Virus record (IMG/VR): IMGVR_UViG_3300032030_000047
Span: 23,624-87,623 of that record
Strand: one strand, 5' to 3'
Length of the DNA stretch: 64,000 bases
Source: a virus
Lineage: Duplodnaviria > Caudoviricetes
Below the pieces are notes generated by a model. The model ran no database searches, had not been told where the DNA came from, and saw nothing but the letters and a program-made list of their open reading frames with translations. Below are positions 1 to 7,165 of this stretch, in pieces (position 1 is the first letter of the stretch; each line of letters opens with the position of its first letter). Position numbers and translations under genes: made by a program.

Positions 1-442
1 CACGATGGGTATATTTAGAAGGATGGTTTTTTGCTATTACAGTCCCATCTAGTTGCCTATAAATCTTTGATTTGCCATAAAAATATACAATTCCGACATT
101 AATATCATCTCTAGTATCTGCTGCGGACATATATTGCTGTAATAGACGCTCCGCCGCACTATCCATGGACAGAGAAGCATCTACTACAAATACAATATCA
201 TATACATCAACGCTAGTAGTTGGTATTTTTAGCATTATATCAGACTCATAGTTTTCATCCAAATTAGTAGCTGTTTTAGTAACAGTCACTTTATTCAGAT
301 TAGTATGAGCAATTGTTGGTATATTTACCTCACCACTATCTATTGATATTTCTGGGGTGTACTCGTCACTTTCTATAATTGTCTCAGCAATACTAGCAAA
401 TGGCATCATGAGGGCTGTTAATATTGCTAGAAATTTTTTCAT
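1..442 (-). CDS. Secreted VWA-domain protein (partial, runs off the left edge)
   Basis: Hand translation: MKKFLAILTALMMPFASIAE signal peptide, then VTKTATNL...DIVFVVDASLSM (MIDAS DxSxS); GGAG RBS. Absent from the ORF track. Confidence 0.75.
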   Translation of the reverse strand, partial: MKKFLAILTALMMPFASIAETIIESDEYTPEISIDSGEVNIPTIAHTNLNKVTVTKTATNLDENYESDIMLKIPTTSVDVYDIVFVVDASLSMDSAAERLLQQYMSAADTRDDINVGIVYFYGKSKIYRQLDGTVIAKNHPSKYTHR

Positions 443-456
443 TATGCATTACTCCA

Positions 457-840
457 TTACTTGGTTAGTGTTACGGTTACTCGGAAAATCCAGTCTGCAT
501 TATCTGCATTTAGATTAAAACTATAGGTTTCGCCGCCATCTATAGAGAACCAATCTCCATCGGGCGCTTTAGCTTCCCATCTATAAGACTTGTTATAATC
601 GGCGGGATTATAATAATCGGATTGTTCTGTAGTAACATTGGCAGTAAGCGTTACTGTAGCGCCTTTCTCTAGTGTCTGATTAGCTTGCGCGCAACTAATT
701 GATACATGCCAACCAGGGTCTGGTAAAGCCATTGTGACATTGGGGTCGTAGCCCTCACTTGTCGCGGTGCCCTCCGACAGAGCCGGAATAACTGCAAAAC
801 ATAGCGCTAGAGTCATAAGTAGTACGATTAGTTTCTTCAT
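457..840 (-). CDS. Secreted/exported protein, Ig-like beta-rich domain
   Basis: MKKLIVLLMTLALCFAVIPALSE signal peptide; VTLTANV...YRW...Y...FRVTVT pattern; AGGAG RBS. Confidence 0.6.
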   Translation of the reverse strand: MKKLIVLLMTLALCFAVIPALSEGTATSEGYDPNVTMALPDPGWHVSISCAQANQTLEKGATVTLTANVTTEQSDYYNPADYNKSYRWEAKAPDGDWFSIDGGETYSFNLNADNADWIFRVTVTLTK

Positions 841-939
841 TGTGTATTCCTCCTTTTATTTTAAAATAAGGACGCCAATAATGGCGTCCATACATCGCAG
901 CCAAAAGGCGGTAGGTTCCAAGCTCCGCCTAATGGAAAG

Positions 940-1023
940 TCCGGGTGGTGGGATTCGAACCCACAAGGAGCTTCGCTCCGACAGATTTTAAGTCTGTTGC
1001 CTGGGCCGTTCGGCTACACCCGG
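940..1023 (-). tRNA. trnL: tRNA-Leu(TAA), long variable arm
   Basis: CCGGGTG/CACCCGG acceptor, ACAGA-CT-TAA-AA-TCTGT anticodon arm, GTGGG-TTCGAAT-CCCAC T arm, A73. Confidence 0.92.
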
Positions 1024-2110
1024 ATAAAATACAGGATTCGTTCGCCACACGTCTATGGTCAAGCAGAGTATTAAGTGAAGTAGCTTTCTCATCACTCCTG
1101 TAAATTTGATAGTATAAAACCCCGTATGCGAACTATCATTGCGCTCTAGAAACGCCTGCTTTGCTGTCTCGGGGATCAATTTACGGATTCTTCATCCGGG
1201 ATTAATTTATGGGATATTCATCCCATTCTTGATTTCGGGGAATCTCCCCTGCGGCCAAGAGAAGCCTTATCTACGGCGCGAGAGGCGTGCTAGGTTCTTG
1301 ACCTAGCGGGTTGCGCTTCGGCGTAGGGGTGGACCAAGCCTTTCAACTAGCCCAAACGGTAGTTTTTCAGTCATACTGGACATCCTGTAATAGAAAATGC
1401 AACTAGTATTCAGCACCATTTCTCGATGCTGGCATCTCCTAATAGGAAGCACGTACTCATTAAGCACATACCACGACTAGTTCCGACATTTATAACGCGC
1501 GCGTCTCAGTCGTCAGCAATCGCGCTAGATGAATGGTCTATTTTTTACTTGCTACTGCCATCACCATCGAAAGCGCAAGCTATATATTTATCTAACCCCT
1601 ATAGTGGGTGGTTTTCGCGTTTTATATACCGATTCGGAAAACATAGAGACCGGTTGTCCGTTTCATATGGTAGAATACATCGACCGGTACGGGCGTCCGG
1701 TCGGAACGGCTCATACTACCAAAAATACTAGGCACATTAAAAAAACTTTTAATAGCAAGTTATTCCTCATAGGTTTGCTGCGTGTGCCTATAACATGACA
1801 CCTTATATTTTATCAGAATATATGTAAATGATTATAAAATTGCTGTCGGTGTCATTTTAATTACCGAGGCCCTCGCATATACGTAATATGTGGATACCTC
1901 GTGCCTCCTGTACCTTACAGGTCGGTCTGTCTATTCTGTATACATGCTATTTTAGTATCACTCTTTTGGCATAGCTGCCTCACCACGGCTGTCGTCGCTC
2001 ACGAGACCTGCGTCCGTAGATAGTATGGGCGTACCATTGCTATCTATTACCACAGCGCCGGACCTCAACCGGCCAGTCATATCCTGTCAATTCAGGCTTT
2101 ATGTGGTTGA
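1024..2110 (-). ncRNA. Candidate large structured ncRNA region (ROOL/GOLLD-like context; family unassigned)
   Basis: About 1.08 kb between two tRNAs with no credible ORF or RBS and many stem-loops (CAGCATC/GGTGCTG, CTAGGT/ACCTAG, GCCGG/CCGGC, TAGATAG/CTATCTA, CCTGTA/TACAGG). Strand inferred from the co-oriented tRNAs. Confidence 0.45.
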
Positions 2111-2111
2111 A

Positions 2112-2186
2112 TGGTACCCTATCCCGGGGATGATCCGGGCCTTCGTGCTTGAAGGGCACGCGACTTAACCGATTGTCCAATAGGGC
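2112..2186 (-). tRNA. trnE: tRNA-Glu(TTC), non-canonical (C33; T-loop ATCATCC)
   Basis: GCCCTAT/ATAGGGT acceptor plus ACCA; CGTGC-CC-TTC-AA-GCACG; CCCGG/CCGGG T stem. Confidence 0.8.
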
Positions 2187-2278
2187 ATATCAAAGAGGGC
2201 ACGTTTTATAGTGCGGTGCCCGAGCACTAACACTCTTTCACCAAATGCTGCAGAGGTGAAGGGAATGTTGAAGTAGCG

Positions 2279-2396
2279 CGGGAGATAGAGGAGTTGAACC
2301 TCTCTAGCGCGGTTAATTGTCTGATATAGGGCCTGCCCCTATTATATCTCTTTGGTATCAGGCCAGCCGCGTGCTAATCCGATTAGCGAATCTCCC
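2279..2396 (-). tRNA. trnN: tRNA-Asn(GTT) interrupted by a 47-nt insertion (2317-2363) between anticodon positions 34 and 35
   Basis: GGGAGAT/ATCTCCC acceptor, G73, GCTA/TAGC D stem, AGAGG-TTCAACT-CCTCT T arm; removing the insert gives CGCGG-CT-GTT-AA-CCGCG. Confidence 0.8.
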
Positions 2397-2415
2397 ATAT
2401 CTTTCTTACAAATAT

Positions 2416-2444
2416 ATTATAATATAATTTTGTAAGAAAGTCAA
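2416..2444 (-). promoter_or_regulatory. sigmaA-type promoter upstream of tRNA-Asn/Glu and the ncRNA region
   Basis: TTGACT-17 nt-TATAAT. Confidence 0.75.
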
Positions 2445-2447
2445 TGA

Positions 2448-3053
2448 TTAAATTTTTTCCCATTCTTCATCGGAATAAGAATTAATTTCTTTTTTTGTCC
2501 TTGGCAAATTCATACTGTCACACCATTTACGAATACTGTTATCTTCTACTCCAAATTGTTTTCCAATTTGAGTAAAAGGCATAGTTCGAATTAATTGCTT
2601 TAATTCTTCTCGTGAAGGTCTTTCACAAGCTCTTCTAGCCTTTGCTGCACAACTTGGACAGCGAATCGCGGCAGAATCTATTTGACAATGGCAATCAATA
2701 CAATAATTTAATTTAGCAGTCATTTTATCATTACGTTCATTAATTAATCTTTGTGCTAATTCATTATTGAACACATGCTCCGTTGGAGCATCATAATAAC
2801 CGCTATGCACTCCTCTATGACAATTCGCGCATAATAAAAAACATTTTTTTACTTCATTTAAGTCAGTTTCAATATCATGACAAGTTCCTCTTGAAGATAT
2901 TCCATAATCCTTTTTAGTCGGGTCTTCGTGATGAAATTCTAATGCGTCTGCGAATAAATCAAAACCGCATATCTGACATTTTCCACCTAAAACCTAAATA
3001 AGATTTTGTTTTCTTCTTCTACGATAATTACTTACATCTTCTGCTCTACTCAT
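2448..3053 (-). CDS. HNH endonuclease (201 aa, 1 TAG)
   Basis: AGGAGG RBS; KCQICG...LEFHH...LLCANCHRGVH, then a C-terminal CxxC/HTH region; needs TAG readthrough at NLI*VLGG. Confidence 0.85.
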
Positions 3054-3136
3054 AATAATTCCTCCTATGAATTAAAATTATGGCCGGTAATAGGAGTACC
3101 TTCATCTCGTTGGTCATGACTCCAACGCTACCCAAA

Positions 3137-3255
3137 CTAGACGTACTCATAACCGCGCTTCTGCCAATTGAGCGACCATCCAATGGCTGGATGGGTTGGA
3201 TTCGAACCAACACTTGACGGGCTCCCAAAGCGAAGAAATATTGCTGATACGTCTA
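3137..3255 (-). tRNA. Candidate circularly permuted tRNA (TGG anticodon): 3' half 3231-3184 precedes 5' half 3182-3153
   Basis: Acceptor CCATCCA-G-CCA-T-TGGATGG pairs 7/7; joining the halves gives CGGGC-TT-TGG-GA-GCCCG; flanks TAGACGTA/TACGTCTA pair. Confidence 0.6.
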
Positions 3256-3258
3256 AAG

Positions 3259-3330
3259 CGACCTTACGCAGAATTGAACTGCGGTTTCAGGCGTGACAAG
3301 CCTACGTAATTACCACTATACGATAAGGCC
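3259..3330 (-). tRNA. trnD: tRNA-Asp(GTC) copy 1
   Basis: GGCCTTA/TAAGGTC, G73, TAGGC-TT-GTC-AC-GCCTG, CGCAG-TTCAATT-CTGCG. Confidence 0.9.
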
Positions 3331-3382
3331 AGATGGCGCTTTCGCGCCGTGCATACTAAAAGGTATGCTGTTATGATCAGAG

Positions 3383-3454
3383 CGACCTTACAGGGAATCG
3401 AACCCTGGTTTTCCGGTAGACAGCCGGATGTAATAACCTCTATACGATAAGGCC
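3383..3454 (-). tRNA. trnD: tRNA-Asp(GTC) copy 2
   Basis: GGCCTTA/TAAGGTC, G73, TCCGG-CT-GTC-TA-CCGGA, CAGGG-TTCGATT-CCCTG. Confidence 0.92.
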
Positions 3455-3625
3455 ATATAATGCCGAGCACACCCTCGGCTTGGACTATTAGGGCCGTACC
3501 AATACTGGCGCGTATGCTTTAAACTTCTATCACCCTACTGTAAGAGATTATAGTGAGTAGTCGCTCACTAGCAGTAGGTTGCTAGCCGCGCATCGGTTTA
3601 GTCACCGTTTTTGCTAAGGTGAACG

Positions 3626-3698
3626 TAGCGGGAACGGGATTCGGACCCGTGTTTGTTGGGTATGAGCCAACCGTGCTAGACCTCTGTACTATCCCGCG
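3626..3698 (-). tRNA. trnM: tRNA with CAT anticodon, initiator(fMet)-like
   Basis: CGCGGGA/TCCCGCT with unpaired 1:72, GTTGG-CT-CAT-AC-CCAAC, A73. Confidence 0.8.
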
Positions 3699-3729
3699 AT
3701 AAAATTGCCCTACTCCCAACTTCTCATGG

Positions 3730-4107
3730 GTACGCCGCATATGGAATCGAACCATCTTCTACGCCATCTCTTGGCGTTTGGGAACTCCATTCCCACCTAC
3801 GGTTTTCGGGCGCTATACCAAGTCTGCGCTTGGACTACGTGTAATTATCCTCAGTGTCACTGAGTCTCGTTTTACATCCGCCGATGCCATACGTATGTAG
3901 GAGTTCCTTTGCATTCATGTAGCGTTGGATAGCCATACAAATCAATCCACAGCCTAGCCGAATATTCCTTTATTGAGCCTTCACACTGCTCAGGGTGGAG
4001 AGTCTAGGTATACCGCCTCCCTATTCGCGTGTCACCTAATTGTATTTAAGGGCCGACTAACAACGACTGCCCCTGCATCTTTTACCTCACGGCTGGCTTG
4101 ATGCGGC
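3730..4107 (-). ncRNA. About 380-nt candidate RNA closed by a tRNA-like acceptor plus T-arm domain
   Basis: 5' GCCGCAT (4107-4101) is complementary to ATGCGGC (3740-3734), which follows ATGG-TTCGATT-CCAT; internal hairpins; no ORF with an RBS. Confidence 0.4.
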
Positions 4108-4112
4108 CATAG

Positions 4113-4185
4113 TCCGCCACCAGGGACTCGAACCCTGAACCAATCGGATATAAGCCGAGTGCTCCACCAATTGAGCTTGTGGCGG
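4113..4185 (-). tRNA. trnI: tRNA-Ile(TAT)
   Basis: CCGCCAC/GTGGCGG, A73, GCTC/GAGC D stem, loop CT-TAT-AT, CAGGG-TTCGAGT-CCCTG. Confidence 0.88.
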
Positions 4186-4314
4186 TTATAATGCAAGTTA
4201 TTAGGATTTTATTTCTGCACTTAAACGTTTTTATTGAGGTATCTCTAGCGGGACTCTTGGCACTTGCTCCCCATTCCCAGTCCAAACTGTCATCTTCCCT
4301 CATTCAACATAATT

Positions 4315-4343
4315 ATTATACAATAATTTCTGCTGAAAGTCAA
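4315..4343 (-). promoter_or_regulatory. sigmaA-type promoter for the tRNA cluster
   Basis: TTGACT-17-TATAAT with extended -10 TG. Confidence 0.75.
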
Positions 4344-4350
4344 ATATTAG

Positions 4351-4533
4351 TTAATCAAAGAGTTCAGAAAGTCCTTCTGTAGAAAAGCCTGCGGATGCGA
4401 GAAATCTTGCAAAAGCTTCACACACTTCATCGCGCGGAATACCATTTTCATTTTCTACATCAAAATGAATCTCATTTCCAGAAACATTGCCATCTTCGTC
4501 CTCAAATTCATACCAGAAACTAATTCTTTCCAT
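4351..4533 (-). CDS. Hypothetical protein (acidic, 60 aa)
   Basis: ORF with GGAG RBS, tightly packed after the upstream gene. Confidence 0.65.
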   Translation of the reverse strand: MERISFWYEFEDEDGNVSGNEIHFDVENENGIPRDEVCEAFARFLASAGFSTEGLSELFD

Positions 4534-4536
4534 CTT

Positions 4537-4797
4537 TTACTCTCCTTCCCTTTCTTCATTAATTATAGCACAAATTTCTTCTCTAGTCAAATACTCATCT
4601 TCCAATTCATCATAAGAAAAATTCATAATAAAATCGTCCAACATAGCTTCTCCTTTCAGATCAAGAAATTTATGTTTGCGATTCTGTTCGCAGTAAGGAC
4701 ATGAACCATGATTTCGACAAGAATAATCAAATACTTTCGAGCCATGATAGGGCTTCCGATGTTCTTTCCCAGACTTAATAGCCTTATCCAGTGCCAT
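4537..4797 (-). CDS. Hypothetical protein with CxxHxxCxxC motif
   Basis: AGGAGG RBS directly after the 4820-4848 promoter; SCRNHGSCPYC. Confidence 0.75.
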   Translation of the reverse strand: MALDKAIKSGKEHRKPYHGSKVFDYSCRNHGSCPYCEQNRKHKFLDLKGEAMLDDFIMNFSYDELEDEYLTREEICAIINEEREGE

Positions 4798-4819
4798 CTC
4801 TCACCCTCCTTACATATAT

Positions 4820-4848
4820 ATTATACACGAAATTTGAAATAAAGTCAA
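4820..4848 (-). promoter_or_regulatory. sigmaA-type promoter
   Basis: TTGACT-17-TATAAT with extended -10 TG. Confidence 0.8.
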
Positions 4849-4869
4849 ATAAAAAATTCCGTAAATTTG

Positions 4870-5185
4870 ATTAGCTAGTGGCGCTAGTGCTCAAAGATAC
4901 GGAAAATTATGGCGCTGAGGTTCGCTATTCCTCTGCCATCGGGCGATATGTCGTGTCGCCTTACGCCTCTCTTCACACCTCAAGGATTGGTGAATGCACA
5001 TCCGTAGCATCAGTACGAACGAGGACTTTCGTGCTCGAATTAACGCTTATAGATATTTTACAGACGCTATAAGTCGTTGGATACTTTGCTTTCCTAGGCA
5101 AGCTAAGACATAGTATCAGTGTCTGAAGTACTTATACGGTGCTTTCATACCGCTTCTCTATTGTCGCGATAGGCTAGAGAAGAAC
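4870..5185 (-). ncRNA. Candidate about 310-nt multibranch structured RNA downstream of tRNA-Gly
   Basis: Stems TTCTCTA/TAGAGAA, CTTATAG/CTATAAG, CGAGCAC-GAAA-GTCCTCG, GGCGA/TCGCC, ATGGC/GCCAT, TACGGA/TCCGTA; no credible ORF. Confidence 0.4.
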
Positions 5186-5190
5186 CTAAG

Positions 5191-5261
5191 AGCACCATGC
5201 GAGACTTGAACTCGCCGCATCTGCTTGGAAGGCAGACATATTTCCGCTATACGAATGGTGC
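5191..5261 (-). tRNA. trnG: tRNA-Gly(TCC)
   Basis: GCACCAT/ATGGTGC, U73, TCTGC-CT-TCC-AA-GCAGA, GCGAG-TTCAAGT-CTCGC. Confidence 0.9.
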
Positions 5262-5278
5262 AAATAGCCCGAAGGCTA

Positions 5279-6202
5279 TTATCTATGTCGACGTTTTACT
5301 TCTTCTATTAGACTTTGCTTTAAATATATACGATATAATTTATTCCACACCATTTCATAAAATTCGGGCTTTACTAAATAGTAACATACTATACGTAGCC
5401 ATACTTCAGGTGTATTAGTGCGTCCTGAAATTTTAAAATACCGAATCCCCTTATCAGAAAGCTCTCGCACTCTGTCTAAAGTAACCATATGTTCGCGCGC
5501 GAAAATACCTGCAACACATTCATCTGCAGAAGGTGAAGAACCAGCAGAATCGCAATGAAGAACTTGCTCTTCTTCTGTAAGAGGCAAATTTTTATACATT
5601 TTACTTAACTGTAAATAGTGTTTCGATCTTTCAGGACAATGACTACGACAAGGCTCTGCACAAACAACTTCAATATTATTCAAATGTTTCAATTGTTTAA
5701 TATATTCGTCATCATTATTACAGTTGTAATTCATGACATAGATATTGTTTTTAGTTAATTCATTAACTTTGTCTATATCAGTAATATTTAAAGTAGTAGA
5801 ATAAATAATATCTAATTGTGGATATTCTCTTTCCAAATACTGCTTTAGTATCGGAGAAAACAAGGTTACAGCATCGTGCGGGCGCATATAAGTATGTAAA
5901 AAGTTATTACAATCTGGGTCTAAGACATCATGTTCATCTAAAAGCAAATTAGTACATACATGTCGTATTTGCATAGGTGTTGTATTAATCCATTGCATAA
6001 TATCTTGAATTGGCGTAGTATTAATAATATTTTGCGCCTCTCGACCACCGTTCCACATTAGATATGGTGGAAAATCATATACGTTGTCCATTACATGATC
6101 TGCGATAAATTGCTCTGGATATTGTTGTTTATATTCATATAATAATTTTACCAAAGGAAATTGCCGAATATATCCAGGAATTGAAAATAATTTATCAGGC
6201 AT
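5279..6202 (-). CDS. U32-family-like Fe-S protein (307 aa)
   Basis: EPCRSHCPERSKH Cys cluster, a later C...C pair and FKISGR resembling the U32 xKIxGR motif. Confidence 0.55.
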   Translation of the reverse strand: MPDKLFSIPGYIRQFPLVKLLYEYKQQYPEQFIADHVMDNVYDFPPYLMWNGGREAQNIINTTPIQDIMQWINTTPMQIRHVCTNLLLDEHDVLDPDCNNFLHTYMRPHDAVTLFSPILKQYLEREYPQLDIIYSTTLNITDIDKVNELTKNNIYVMNYNCNNDDEYIKQLKHLNNIEVVCAEPCRSHCPERSKHYLQLSKMYKNLPLTEEEQVLHCDSAGSSPSADECVAGIFAREHMVTLDRVRELSDKGIRYFKISGRTNTPEVWLRIVCYYLVKPEFYEMVWNKLYRIYLKQSLIEEVKRRHR

Positions 6203-6647
6203 TGTGTGTCTCCAATATTTTTTTTAATTCAGATAAATCTCTCTATTTTTGTATAAAATAAGATAATATTTCACGCGTAACCAAGAATAATAATTCTTGT
6301 AATAAGAATGAATTTGCTTCCTTAGGCAAATTATCATATATATTTAAGACTATATCGACATGACGCGGTTTTCGCGCCAAAGCACGCAAAAGAAAGTATA
6401 ATTCTAAATACTATATAGCTATTGGATCTGTAATATAATATAATTCTGCATACTGTTTTGTAAACTGGACAATATAATCTCTTAATCGTACATAATCAGT
6501 AGTATCTAGATTGCTTTCATAAAATAAATTTCCCCAGTTAATATATGACGGGGCTATCCAAGAATTTAAGTATGAGGACATTGTATCAACAGAAGGTACT
6601 TTAAATTGCTTCATAGCATAAAGTGCCCTTAATTTGCTAACATTCAT
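6195..6647 (-). CDS. Hypothetical helical protein (150 aa, 2 TAG)
   Basis: TAG readthrough extends it to a TGA overlapping the next start; N-terminus MNVSKLRAL resembles the upstream gene's MDVTELRLL. Confidence 0.7.
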
Positions 6648-7153
6648 TCAGATATATATTTTTCAGCGAGAGTCATACGATCATATTCTTGCTCTTGCTC
6701 TAGTTCAGACAGTAATTGATCAATTTCTTCATCGTCCCCAATACTGTGAATTATTAAAGCTAATACATATCTATATTTAATTTCCGTTTTTAATTGTGTT
6801 ATTTCTGTTTTATCCGATTCAACTTGAAAAGCTTCTTTTAATTGCGGCAAATATTCTATATTAATACCTTGAATTTGAAAGATGAATAAAGAAAAGAAAT
6901 GACATAATACTGTGCGTTCTCCTTCAGTATAGTATTCTTCATATACTTCATCTACAATAGGCTTAAAATAATTATAATCGCGCGCATAATCTATTAAATA
7001 TGCCTCATTACGAATTAAACCAATTACACTAAAAATAGCTCCCATTGGATATTTAAAACGTGGAATATAATTTTTTATTAGCTATATTTCATCTTCATTA
7101 GGATTTCTTTTAGCATTAAAAATCCTTAATAAGCGTAACTCTGTAACATCCAT
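6644..7153 (-). CDS. Hypothetical helical protein (169 aa, 1 TAG)
   Basis: True start has an AGGAGG RBS at about 7160; the frame stays open through one TAG into the annotated 133-aa ORF. Confidence 0.75.
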
Positions 7154-7165
7154 TTAATTTCCTCC

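Noticed and set aside
934-945. GGAAAGTCCGGG resembling the RNase P P4 motif (+ strand)
   Set aside because: It is largely the reverse complement of the tRNA-Leu 3' end and trailer; no matching 3' P4 strand found.
1682-1712. GAGCCGT...CGCCCGTACCGGTC resembling group II intron domain V
   Set aside because: The DV lower stem does not pair; GACCGG/CCGGTC is the better hairpin; no RT/maturase nearby.
767-1798. Track ORFs 767-991, 988-1179, 1426-1731 and 1529-1798
   Set aside because: They overlap tRNA-Leu or the structured RNA region and lack an RBS and protein-like composition.
3730-4107. Definite tmRNA call
   Set aside because: No G3:U70, no GG(A/C)UUCGA 5' motif and no convincing tag frame; kept only as a tRNA-like RNA candidate.
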